Source: a virus (lineage: Duplodnaviria > Caudoviricetes). From it: 45,394 nt of DNA. This document shows, piece after piece, positions 1 through 8,952 of this stretch. The stretch spans positions 1 through 45,394 of IMG/VR virus record IMGVR_UViG_3300044852_000057; one strand, written 5' to 3'. The position numbers were made by a program, and so were the translations under genes. The notes beneath the pieces were generated by a model, which saw nothing but the letters and a program-made list of their open reading frames with translations, was not told the DNA's origin and did no database searches. How positions within the stretch are numbered: the first letter of the stretch is position 1; every line of letters begins with the position of its first letter.

Positions 1-112
1 GTGCTTATCGCGCGAAGGCGAGTTATCGTGAAATGGTCAGGCCGGGCAAGGTGGTCGCCGGTCGGGTCCTGACGGGCCGGTCGCCGGCCGACGATGAGGA
101 GTTCCTGGTCGG

Positions 113-313
113 GTGAGCGCGAAGCCGATGCCACCGCACCTCTACGTCGTCGTCGCCGGCAAGACGCACCGGCTCGCGATCGATCCGGTCACCGGCGCGA
201 TGGACCCTCGACCGTGCCGGCTCTCCGAGGCGCAGGTCCTGGCCGCGGTCAAGGCGCACGGCGTGCTCCTCGAGGCGCCGGCGGGCCGCGCGCACCGGTG
301 CGTCGATGGGTAG
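113..313 (+). CDS. small hypothetical protein
   Basis: 66-aa ORF with GAGGAG upstream; overlaps start of terS. Confidence 0.5.
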   Translation: MSAKPMPPHLYVVVAGKTHRLAIDPVTGAMDPRPCRLSEAQVLAAVKAHGVLLEAPAGRAHRCVDG

Positions 314-779
314 GCGCGGGCCGGCGCCGACGCCGACGCCGTTGAAGCTGCTCCGCGGCGAGACCAAGGAGAGCCGGCTCAACCGAGACGCGCCGAAGCC
401 CGACGGCGTCCTCCCTCCGATGCCGCGCGGCATGTCCGTCGTCGCTCGGCGCGTCTGGCGCCGGCAGACGCAGGCCATGCGCCACGTCGGGCTCCTCACC
501 GTCGTCGACGTCGACTCGCTCCGGGCCTACTGCGAGGCGGTCGACCGCTACGTGAGCGCGGCCGAGTTCCTGGCGAGCTCGGGCCCGCTGGTCCGCGGCG
601 CGCGCGGCGGCGACCTCGTGAAGAATCCGCTGCACCAGGTCGTGCGCGACAACGCCATGCTGATCCGGCTCTTCGCTCGGGATCTCGGGTTCCTGCCGTC
701 GGCGCGCGAGGGCATCCACGTCCCTGGCGCCGATGACGATGGCGATGCGTTCGCGGCCTGGGCCGCGGGCGACGGATAG
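306..779 (+). CDS. terS: terminase small subunit, P27 family
   Basis: MGRRGPAPTPTPLKLLRG N-terminus, KNPL and LGFLPSAR motifs typical of P27-family TerS; upstream of TerL. Confidence 0.9.
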   Translation: MGRRGPAPTPTPLKLLRGETKESRLNRDAPKPDGVLPPMPRGMSVVARRVWRRQTQAMRHVGLLTVVDVDSLRAYCEAVDRYVSAAEFLASSGPLVRGARGGDLVKNPLHQVVRDNAMLIRLFARDLGFLPSAREGIHVPGADDDGDAFAAWAAGDG

Positions 780-792
780 GGAGGGCTCACCC

Positions 793-948
793 ATGTTCGA
801 CGCGCTGGCGCTGGTCCTGGCGGCGCTCTGCTTCCTCCTCGCCGCGGTGCGAGTGAAGGTCCTGACGCGGTTCGAGCTCGTGGCGCTCGGGCTCTTCCTC
901 TGGATCCTCCCGGCCGCGCTCCACGCGCTCGCCGGGCTCATTCATTGA
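793..948 (+). CDS. small two-TM membrane protein
   Basis: GGGAGG RBS then ATG 793; two hydrophobic stretches (MFDALALVLAALCFLLAAV; FELVALGLFLWILPAAL). Confidence 0.6.
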   Translation: MFDALALVLAALCFLLAAVRVKVLTRFELVALGLFLWILPAALHALAGLIH

Positions 949-952
949 CCTC

Positions 953-1372
953 GTGACCGTGCGGTCCTCGAGGTCCGTCCCGAGCGGGCCGGGCTCGCGC
1001 GGCGGCCGCTGGCACGACGAGCGATTCCGCAAGGCGTGGTGGCGCACCTACCGCGCGACGCACCCGGCCACGCGTCGGACGCCGACCCGGATCGCGGAGC
1101 GCGCGGCGCGGCCGATGCTGACCGAGGTTCTCGTGTCGCTGCTCCGCGATGACGTCGCCGCGACGTCGCAGCGACGGGTCGCGGCGCGGATCCTCGTCGA
1201 CCATTCGGCGATCTCGAGATGGATGGCCGGCGGGCGCGAGCTATCGGGTGACGCGGTCGACGCGCTCGTCGACCTCTACGGGTTCACCACGATTGCGCGG
1301 CGCGCTCGGGCGCTCTACGCTGTGGCTCGGACGGCGGGTTCGAGTGGCAACCCGGCGCTCGCCGTCCCATGA
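953..1372 (+). CDS. XRE-like HTH protein
   Basis: SQRRVAARILVDHSAISRWMAGGRELS resembles an XRE HTH; ATGA overlap with terL. Confidence 0.6.
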   Translation: MTVRSSRSVPSGPGSRGGRWHDERFRKAWWRTYRATHPATRRTPTRIAERAARPMLTEVLVSLLRDDVAATSQRRVAARILVDHSAISRWMAGGRELSGDAVDALVDLYGFTTIARRARALYAVARTAGSSGNPALAVP

Positions 1373-3174
1373 CCGCGGTCTCGCCGATCGCTCCTCGAGC
1401 TCGAGCTCGAGGGATCCCGCCAGCGCCACCGCACCCGGTCACGGCCTACGCGCTCGACGTCGTGTCCGGTCGGATCATCGCCGGCGAGCTCGTGCGGAAG
1501 GCGTGCGAGCGCCACCTCCGGGACCTGGCCGACGGGCCCGAGCGCGGGCTCCGGTTCGACGTCAAGGCGGCCGACCGCGCGATCGCGTTCTTCCCGCTGC
1601 TCCGGCACTACAAGGGCGAGCTCGGGCCGCAGCCACCGCGGAAGCCGCTCGGCGATCCGATCCGGCTCGAGCCGTGGCAGAAGTTCGTCATCGGGTCGCT
1701 CTTCGGCTGGATGCGCGCCGACGGGACCAGGCGGTTCCGGGCGCTCTACCTCGAGGTGGCGAAGAAGAACGGCAAGACCACGATCGCGGCCGGGATCGCG
1801 CTGCTCCTCGCGTTCTTCGACGGCGAGCCTGGCGCGCAGGTCTACGTCGTCGCGACCAAGCGCGAGCAGGCGAAGATTTGCTGGAACGACGGACGCCAGA
1901 TGGTCATGGCCAACCCGGATTTGAAGCGCCGGCTGGCGACGCTGGCGCTCACCATCTCCGACCTCCGGACGGCGTCCTATTTCCGGCCGCTCGGTCGCGA
2001 CTCGGACACCGGCGAGCAGGGCATCGACGTCCACGGCGCGATCGTCGACGAGCTCCACGTCCTCGAGGACCGCGATTCGATCGACAACATCGAGACCGCG
2101 ACGTCGGCGCGCCGGCAGCCGATGGTGGTCAAGATCACGACGGCCGGCAAGAAGCGCGAGTCCGTCTGGGCCGACGAGCGGGCCGACGCCATCTCCGTCG
2201 CCGAGGGCCGGGCGACCGACGACTCGATGCTCGTGCTCGTCTACTGCCTCGACCACGATGCCGACGGCAATCTCGTCGACGACCCGTTCGACGAGGCCGT
2301 CTGGCCGAAGGCCAATCCCAATCTCGGCGTGAGCGTCAACGTGGCGACGCTCCGTGAGCAGGCCGCGATCGCGCGGCGCTCGCCGGCCAAGCTCGCGGCC
2401 TACCTGCAGCTGCGGATGAACGTCCCGACCGCGATCGGGACGCGGGCGCTCAACATCGAGGAGTGGGACGCCTGCTCCGGCCTGGCGACCGTCACGGATC
2501 CCGACGGGCTCGAGCGCCTCGAGGCCTACGACGAGTGGGAGGAGCGGACGTTCGGGACGTCGCGGACCGGATTTGGCGGGCTCGACCTGGCGTCGGTCCG
2601 GGACCTCACCGCGCTCGTGTTCGTGTCGCGCGCGGCCGATGGCGCGATCGACGTCCGGGCGCGGTTCTGGTGTCCGGAGGAGGGCATCGAGCAGCGCAGC
2701 CGGGTCGACGGCGTGCCGTATGCTGATTGGGTTCGTGACGGGTTCCTCATCGCCACGCCTGGCAACGTCACCGACTACGACTACGTGCAGGCCGAGGCGG
2801 GCGAGCTCGCCGGCGTCCATGAGGTGACCGAGATCGGGTTCGACCGCTGGAATGCAACGCAGCTGGCGACCGACCTCACGTCGGAGGGCGCGACGCTCGT
2901 CGCGATCCCGCAGACCCACGCCGGTCTCGGGCCGGCCTGGAGGGAGCTCGACAAGGCCGTCCTGGAGCGTAAGATTCGGCACGGCGGGCACCCGATCCTC
3001 CGGTGGATGGCCGGCAACGTCGAGGTCGAGACGGATGCGAGCGGCAACCAGAAGCCGTCCAAGCGACTGTCCAAGGAGCGGATCGACGGCATCGTCGCGC
3101 TCGACATGGCGATCGCTCGGCTGATGGCGCACGGCGAAGTCGAGGAGGTGGAGCCGTGGGCGATCGTCCGCTAG
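1369..3174 (+). CDS. terL: terminase large subunit
   Basis: LEPWQKF, Walker A VAKKNGKT, Walker B IVDELH, ITTAG, nuclease GGLDLA and IDGIVA motifs. Confidence 0.97.
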   Translation: MTAVSPIAPRARARGIPPAPPHPVTAYALDVVSGRIIAGELVRKACERHLRDLADGPERGLRFDVKAADRAIAFFPLLRHYKGELGPQPPRKPLGDPIRLEPWQKFVIGSLFGWMRADGTRRFRALYLEVAKKNGKTTIAAGIALLLAFFDGEPGAQVYVVATKREQAKICWNDGRQMVMANPDLKRRLATLALTISDLRTASYFRPLGRDSDTGEQGIDVHGAIVDELHVLEDRDSIDNIETATSARRQPMVVKITTAGKKRESVWADERADAISVAEGRATDDSMLVLVYCLDHDADGNLVDDPFDEAVWPKANPNLGVSVNVATLREQAAIARRSPAKLAAYLQLRMNVPTAIGTRALNIEEWDACSGLATVTDPDGLERLEAYDEWEERTFGTSRTGFGGLDLASVRDLTALVFVSRAADGAIDVRARFWCPEEGIEQRSRVDGVPYADWVRDGFLIATPGNVTDYDYVQAEAGELAGVHEVTEIGFDRWNATQLATDLTSEGATLVAIPQTHAGLGPAWRELDKAVLERKIRHGGHPILRWMAGNVEVETDASGNQKPSKRLSKERIDGIVALDMAIARLMAHGEVEEVEPWAIVR

Positions 3175-3313
3175 ACGCCATCGACACGGCGCTCGAACGT
3201 CTGGCGTCCGGCCGGCGTGCCGCGGCCGCGGACCGCGAGCTCCGGGTCATGCTCCGCTGGAATCTCCGGCGCGCGGTTCGCCGCGCGTTCGAGGCGAGGT
3301 TCCCGTGGCTCGC

Positions 3314-3460
3314 GTGAAGCCAGCGCCGGACCGCTCCGTCGAGGTCCCTCGCGTCGCGTTCCGGGACGCCGAGCATCGGCTCCAGGTCCTCATGGAGCTC
3401 CAGCGGCCGCCGATCGTGCGGATCCGCCGACGTCGCGCGCCGCTCGAGCCTCCGGCGTGA
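3314..3460 (+). CDS. small hypothetical protein (48 aa)
   Basis: GTGA overlaps at both ends (3314-3317, 3457-3460); not in ORF track. Confidence 0.4.
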   Translation: MKPAPDRSVEVPRVAFRDAEHRLQVLMELQRPPIVRIRRRRAPLEPPA

Positions 3461-3738
3461 CCGCTCGAGCTCGCGTCGCTCCTCGAGCGACCGGCCTGGC
3501 GTCGGCTCGGGCCCGGCTCGCCGTGGCGCGCGCCTGGGCCCGACCGCGGCTCCGGTCCGGCGTGGGCATCCTGCCGAAGCTCGCGGTCCTGGCGATCGGC
3601 GCCGTCGCGCTCGCGCTCGTCGTGCTCGGCGTGTCGGATATCTATGCGCCGGCCGGCAAGATCGTGGCCGGCGCCGTCCTCATTGCCATCATCACGTTCG
3701 ATCCGACCCAAACGAGGAAGCTGATATGGCCGCGCTGA
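3457..3738 (+). CDS. small membrane protein preceding portal
   Basis: GTG start coupled to upstream stop; two C-terminal TM segments. Confidence 0.55.
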   Translation: MTARARVAPRATGLASARARLAVARAWARPRLRSGVGILPKLAVLAIGAVALALVVLGVSDIYAPAGKIVAGAVLIAIITFDPTQTRKLIWPR

Positions 3739-5381
3739 TCGAGACCATCGGGCCGCGCTCGAGGCGCGTCGCCGTCGGCGACATCAATTCGTTCGACGCC
3801 TGGGTCGGGCTCTGGGGCCTCGACGGGCTCGGCTCGATCCTTGAGACGACCGTCCCGCGGCAGCAGGAGATCATCGATCCGACGTTCGTCGGGCACGTCG
3901 TCGGCGCCTACCTCCGGAACGCCGTCGTGTTCGCGTGCCTGGCCGTCCGGGCTCGGCTCTTCAGCGAGGCGCGGTTCCAGTTCCAGCAGATGCGCGGCGG
4001 GCGGCCTGGCAACCTCTTCGGCACGCCGGCGCTGTCGGTCCTCGAGCGGCCGGAGCCCGGCAAGAGCACGCGCGACCTGCTCCAGGTGGCGATGCTCGAC
4101 GCCGATATCGGCGGCAACGGGTTCCTCCTCGGGCGCCAGGCCGCGATTCGCCGGCTCCGGCCGGACTGGATGACGATCGCCTACGGGTCGCGGGGCCGGG
4201 CGACCGAGCTCGGGTCGTGGGATCCCGACGCCGAGGTCATCGGCTACGGATACCACCCTGGCGGGTTCTCCTCGGGCGAGCAGGTGATCACGTTCGTGCC
4301 GGAGGAGATCGCGCATTTCGCGCCGACGAAGGACCCGCTGGCGCGCAACCGTGGCGTGTCGATCCTGACGGCCGGCGTCCGGGAGATCATGGCCGACAAC
4401 GGCGCGACGACGTCGAAGCTGTCGTTCTTCGAGAACGCGGCGACGCCGAATATCGCGCTGAAGTTCCCGGCGACGATGTCCAAGGACAAGGCGCTCGAGT
4501 GGATCGAAATCTTCGAGCAGGAGCACCGCGGCGCACGCAATGCGGCTCGGACGGTCTATCTCGGCGCCGGCGTCGAGCCGTTCCCGGTCGGGCTGAACTT
4601 CCAAGAGATGGATTTCGCCAAGGTCCAGGGCAAGGCCGAGACCCGGATCGCGGCGCTGACCGGCATGCATCCCGTCGTCGTCGCGCTGTCGGAGGGCCTC
4701 GCCGGCTCGTCGCTCAACTCCGGCAACTTCGGGTCGGCGGCTCGGCTCGTCGGCGACGCCACGCTCCGACCGCTGTGGGGCGACATCTCGAGCTCCCTCG
4801 AGTCGATCATCCCACCGCTACCTGGCACCCGGCTCTGGTTCGACGACCGCGACATCGCGTTCCTCCGCGAGGACGTCGGCGACCAGGCCGACATCATCCA
4901 GAAGCAGGGCGCGACGATCGGTCAGGCGATCCGCGACGGGTTCACGCCGGCGTCGGCGATCGACGCGGTTGTCTCGGGCGACATGACCCGGCTCGTGCAC
5001 ACCGGGCTCGTGAGCGTTCAGCTGCAGCAGCCGGGCGCGGCTCCGCCGGCGGCGTACCGCGCGAAGCGTGACTTCTGGTCCGTCGAGCCCGCGCTGGACG
5101 AGCTCGGGACGGTTCGCTCGGGCGAGGTCCTCACCGACGTCGCCGGCTCCGACGGGCGATGGGTTCACCATCCGCTCGTGTCGGCCTACCCTTCGCTCTT
5201 CGATGTCGCCGAGGTCTCGGTCCCGGAGACCTCGATCGTGTCGCGTGACGCAATCGTGCGGCGTCGGGCGGCGCTCCTCGGCGATGGCAAGCCGGCCGGC
5301 TACCTGTCGCTCGCGCGATCGCTCGGCGTGTCGGTCTCGACGGTTCGTCGCAGGCTGGCGGAACAGCCCACGACAGCGTGA
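3726..5381 (+). CDS. HK97-family portal protein with C-terminal extension ending in an HTH-like motif
   Basis: [39 protein letters not shown] motifs; position after TerL. Confidence 0.93.
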   Translation: MAALIETIGPRSRRVAVGDINSFDAWVGLWGLDGLGSILETTVPRQQEIIDPTFVGHVVGAYLRNAVVFACLAVRARLFSEARFQFQQMRGGRPGNLFGTPALSVLERPEPGKSTRDLLQVAMLDADIGGNGFLLGRQAAIRRLRPDWMTIAYGSRGRATELGSWDPDAEVIGYGYHPGGFSSGEQVITFVPEEIAHFAPTKDPLARNRGVSILTAGVREIMADNGATTSKLSFFENAATPNIALKFPATMSKDKALEWIEIFEQEHRGARNAARTVYLGAGVEPFPVGLNFQEMDFAKVQGKAETRIAALTGMHPVVVALSEGLAGSSLNSGNFGSAARLVGDATLRPLWGDISSSLESIIPPLPGTRLWFDDRDIAFLREDVGDQADIIQKQGATIGQAIRDGFTPASAIDAVVSGDMTRLVHTGLVSVQLQQPGAAPPAAYRAKRDFWSVEPALDELGTVRSGEVLTDVAGSDGRWVHHPLVSAYPSLFDVAEVSVPETSIVSRDAIVRRRAALLGDGKPAGYLSLARSLGVSVSTVRRRLAEQPTTA

Positions 5382-7495
5382 GCAATCCGCGGCTCGCTCG
5401 AGCGATCGGGCTGGGCGCGGTTCGCATCCGTCTGGCGTTCACGCCGGCCGAGGTCGCCGACCTGCAGGCGCGGCTCCTCGTGTCGGCGCACCGGTTCGAG
5501 CTCGCTCGGGATCCCTGGCAGCCGGCGCTCGTCGACCAGGCGGCGGCGGAGGTCACCGCGCTCGAGGCGGCGATCGCCTGGGCCAGCGCACGGCTGGTCT
5601 CCGATACCTACGGGCCGGGATGCTGCGAGCCGGGCCAGGTCTGGGCGCTCGAGGACGAGCTCGTGTTGGTGCGAGCCGTCGACGCCACGCACATCGGCAT
5701 CGAACGAGGGGCGCTCGGCAGCGACGCGGCGGGCCACGATGCCGGCACCGAGCTCGTGCAGGTGCGGCTCCTCGCAGCCGGCGAGCGCGGCGAGCAGGGC
5801 GCCGACGGGTCGGCTGGCGCGCCTGGCGCCGACGGGCACGCTGGTCCCACGGGTCCCGCTGGTGCGACGGGTCCCAAGGGCGATGCGGGCGATGCGGGCG
5901 GCGCGGTCGGTTCCACCGGCGCGACGGGTGCCACCGGGCCGGCTGGTCCCACGGGTGCCACGGCGGCTGTCGGTGCGACCGGACCGACCGGCGCCGACGG
6001 ATCCGCCGGCGCGACCGGCGCCACCGGAGCTCGAGGCGCGACTGGTCCGGCTGGCGCCGACGGTGCGAACGGCGCCACGGGTGCCACCGGACCGTCTGGG
6101 GCCACGGGTGGCACCGGGCCGGCTGGCGCCGACGGAGCCGATGGCGCGGACGGGTTCTCTGCCTATGATCTCGCCGTCATCGGCGGGTTTGTCGGCAACG
6201 AGGCAGCCTGGCGCGCGTCGCTCGTCGGGGCTACCGGGCCAACGGGCGCGAAGGGCGACCAAGGCGATCTCGGTGCGACCGGGCCGACGGGCGCGACCGG
6301 CACCGCCGGCGTGAAGGGCGACCAGGGCGATGTCGGTCCGACCGGTCCGACCGGCTCCGCGGGCTCCGCTGGTGCGCCCGGCAGCCAGGGGCCGGGCGGC
6401 GATCCGCTGTCCGTGGCGGCGGCCTGGCCGGTCGGGTCGCTCTTCCTGTCCGTCGACTCGACCAACCCAGGGACGTCGCTCGGGATCGGGACCTGGATCG
6501 CCTACGCGCAGGGCCAGATGCTCCTCGGGTTCACGCCGGGCGACACCGTCGGGGCGTCCGTCGGCTCGGCGACGCACGGTCATACGGTCACGCAGCCGTC
6601 CGCGCATGCCGCGCTGAGCCACGCCGGCGCGACGGTCGCCGACCACGCCTTCACTCAGCCGGGCGCTCACTCCGACCACGCGGCGCTGTCGCACTCCGCC
6701 CATGCCGGCGCCGCGGTCGGCGACCATGCCTTCACCCAGCCGTCGGCTCACTCGAATCACGTCGTGACCCAGCCGTCGAATCACGTCGTCACGCAGCCGT
6801 CCGGTCACTCGGCGCACGTCGTCACGCAGCCGAACGCGCACGCGTTCACCCAGCCGTCGGCTCACTCGAATCACGTCGTCACGCAGCCGTCCGGTCACTC
6901 GGCGCACGTCGTCACGCAGCCGAACGCGCACGCCGACGTCCTCAACCACGTCCACGGCGAGCAGGTCCAGGGCGGGACGTCTGGGACCACGACCGGGACG
7001 CACGTCATGGGCTCTGCGTCGACGGGCGGCTCGCTCCGGACCGCTGGTCAGTCGACGCTCAACCCGACGTCGGGCGGCGTCGCGAGCCAGGCGCACGCCG
7101 GCGCGGCCGTCGACGCGCACTCGGCGCATGCGGGCACCGCGGTCGACGCGCACTCAGGGCATGCTGGCGGCGCCGTCGACGCGCACGCCGGGACCGCGGT
7201 CGACGCTCACTCGGCGCACTCAGGCGCGGCCGTCGACGCTCACGCGGGCGCGGCCGTCGACGCGCACTCGGCGCACGCCGGCGGCGCCGTGAGCTCCCAC
7301 GTCGTCACGCAGGCGGCGGCGCACTCCGACCACGCGGCGCTGTCGCACTCGGCTCACTCGGGCGGCGCCGTCGACGCGCACGTCGTCGGCCAGGCGAGCC
7401 AGCACGGGAGCCAGGCGCACTCGGGCGCCGCGGTCGACGCCGTGTCCAATCTGCCACCGGCCGTGATCGTCTACATCTGGAAGCGCACGGCCTGA
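5378..7495 (+). CDS. collagen-like fibre with His-rich needle domain (candidate head fibre)
   Basis: G-x-y repeats, [19 protein letters not shown] motif, [11 protein letters not shown]...GTW and [12 protein letters not shown] collar motifs of T4 gp10/gp12-like fibre C-termini. Confidence 0.8.
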   Translation: MSNPRLARAIGLGAVRIRLAFTPAEVADLQARLLVSAHRFELARDPWQPALVDQAAAEVTALEAAIAWASARLVSDTYGPGCCEPGQVWALEDELVLVRAVDATHIGIERGALGSDAAGHDAGTELVQVRLLAAGERGEQGADGSAGAPGADGHAGPTGPAGATGPKGDAGDAGGAVGSTGATGATGPAGPTGATAAVGATGPTGADGSAGATGATGARGATGPAGADGANGATGATGPSGATGGTGPAGADGADGADGFSAYDLAVIGGFVGNEAAWRASLVGATGPTGAKGDQGDLGATGPTGATGTAGVKGDQGDVGPTGPTGSAGSAGAPGSQGPGGDPLSVAAAWPVGSLFLSVDSTNPGTSLGIGTWIAYAQGQMLLGFTPGDTVGASVGSATHGHTVTQPSAHAALSHAGATVADHAFTQPGAHSDHAALSHSAHAGAAVGDHAFTQPSAHSNHVVTQPSNHVVTQPSGHSAHVVTQPNAHAFTQPSAHSNHVVTQPSGHSAHVVTQPNAHADVLNHVHGEQVQGGTSGTTTGTHVMGSASTGGSLRTAGQSTLNPTSGGVASQAHAGAAVDAHSAHAGTAVDAHSGHAGGAVDAHAGTAVDAHSAHSGAAVDAHAGAAVDAHSAHAGGAVSSHVVTQAAAHSDHAALSHSAHSGGAVDAHVVGQASQHGSQAHSGAAVDAVSNLPPAVIVYIWKRTA
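6581..7441 (+). repeat. mirror-symmetric His-repeat arrays (HxxTQP and HxGxAVDA units)
   Basis: two 116-aa arms (6581-6928, 7094-7441) flanking a 55-aa tip; near-identical tandem DNA units. Confidence 0.9.
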
Positions 7496-7496
7496 A

Positions 7497-7540
7497 TTTG
7501 AGCAGGAGCGGCAGGGCTCCGGCATCTCCGTTTGAGCAGG
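7497..7540 (+). promoter_or_regulatory. direct repeat TTTGAGCAGG x2 upstream of protease gene
   Basis: 10-bp exact repeat at 7497 and 7531 in a rare intergenic gap. Confidence 0.3.
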
Positions 7541-7587
7541 GCTGATCATCTTGCCGTGACCGGCCGTCGTGGAGGACCCTAGACGCC

Positions 7588-8952
7588 ATGCCAGCGAATC
7601 CGACGCACCACACCGACGTCGTCGACGAACCGTGCCAGGCATACATGCCGTTGCCCCGGACCTTGGTGACCGGGCTCGCGAGCGCGGCCTCCTCGGCCGG
7701 ACCGTCCCACGACGCTGCCGGCAATGACCCTGATGGCGACGGCTACCCTGACGCCAAGGCCGATTCGAAGTTCCCGCACCACGAGGTCGATGAGACCTCC
7801 GGCGAGCCTGGCGACGCGAACATGGCCGGCTGCCAGGCGGCGATGGGCCGGATCGACCAGGCCAACATTCCGGCCGGCGACGACGTCGCGGTCCGCGCGC
7901 ATCTCCAGGCGCACATGGACGACATGGCGACCATGCCGGGCGAGCCCGACGCGCCTGGCGCCACGCTTGTCGCGCCGCGGTCCTACGCGCACGTGACCAA
8001 GGCGCTCACCGAGCGGGCGTGGGCCGTCCAGCCGCAGGTCCTGTCCTACATGGTCGAGCTCGTGCGGTTCCGGTCCGACGGCGGGCTGCTGTCGGCCGAC
8101 GAGATCGAGCAGCGCCTGGCGGCCGCCAAGGCACAGAACGGCGAACGCATCGGCGGCGCGCAGGCCGGGTCGGTCGCGGTCATCCCGATGTACGGCCTCA
8201 TCACGCAGCGGGCGACGATGATGTCCGACTTCTCGGGCGGAACGTCCATCGACGAGCTCCGCTCCCTGCTCCGGACCGCGCTCGCGGATCCCACCGTGAC
8301 GGCCGTCGTGTTCGACGTCGACTCGCCGGGCGGGTCCGTCGACGGCGTTCCGGAGTTCGCGGCCGAGCTCCGCTCCGCGCGGGCCGGCTCCAAGCCGGTC
8401 ATCGCGCAGGTCAACACCCTGGCGGCGTCCGCGGCGTATTGGCTCGCGAGCTCGTGCTCCGAGATCGTCTGCACGCCGTCCGGCGAGGTCGGTTCGATCG
8501 GCGTGTTCGCCGCGCACGAGGACCTGTCCAAGGCCGCCGAGATGGAGGGCGTCAAGACGACGCTCGTGTCGGCGGGCCCGTACAAGACCGAGGGCAACCC
8601 GTTCGAGCCGCTCACCGATGAGGCTCGCGCCGCGATCCAGGACCAGGTCGACGCGTTCTACGGCATGTTCGTGGGCGACGTCGCGCGAGGTCGTGGCGTC
8701 GGCGCGGACGTGGTCACCTCGAGCTACGGCCAGGGGCGCACGCTCCTGGCGTCCAAGGCGCGATCGGCCGGCATGGTCGACCGCATCGATACCCTGGAGG
8801 CGACCATTCGTCGGCTCCAGCCACCGAAGGCGGCTCGGCCTGGCGCCGCGTCGCTCCAGATCGCGGCGTCTGCCGCTCGTGCGGCGACTGCCGCGTCCGT
8901 TGGCCGAGCCGATGCGGCTTGGAATCGTCGAATGAGAGGGAAGCGCAAGTGA
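7588..8952 (+). CDS. S49 (SppA/ClpP-like) prohead maturation protease with N-terminal accessory domain
   Basis: DVDSPGGSV, AASAAYWLAS, GSIGV, AGPYKTEGNP motifs; directly upstream of capsid. Confidence 0.93.
   Translation: MPANPTHHTDVVDEPCQAYMPLPRTLVTGLASAASSAGPSHDAAGNDPDGDGYPDAKADSKFPHHEVDETSGEPGDANMAGCQAAMGRIDQANIPAGDDVAVRAHLQAHMDDMATMPGEPDAPGATLVAPRSYAHVTKALTERAWAVQPQVLSYMVELVRFRSDGGLLSADEIEQRLAAAKAQNGERIGGAQAGSVAVIPMYGLITQRATMMSDFSGGTSIDELRSLLRTALADPTVTAVVFDVDSPGGSVDGVPEFAAELRSARAGSKPVIAQVNTLAASAAYWLASSCSEIVCTPSGEVGSIGVFAAHEDLSKAAEMEGVKTTLVSAGPYKTEGNPFEPLTDEARAAIQDQVDAFYGMFVGDVARGRGVGADVVTSSYGQGRTLLASKARSAGMVDRIDTLEATIRRLQPPKAARPGAASLQIAASAARAATAASVGRADAAWNRRMRGKRK
7635..7707. other. in-frame 73-bp micro-inversion within protease gene
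   Basis: flanked by CGTG/CACG; reverse complement restores WDGPAEEAAL...MYAWHD in frame with typical codon usage. Confidence 0.75.

Noticed and set aside
6600-7440. Tandem DNA repeats resembling a CRISPR array or DGR template/variable repeat
   Set aside because: Repeats are in-frame coding units without unique spacers; no cas or reverse transcriptase gene; no adenine-specific variation
7305-7724. Minus-strand ORF containing protein-like WDGPAEEAAL…MYAW
   Set aside because: Better explained as the inverted segment of the protease gene than as a separate gene
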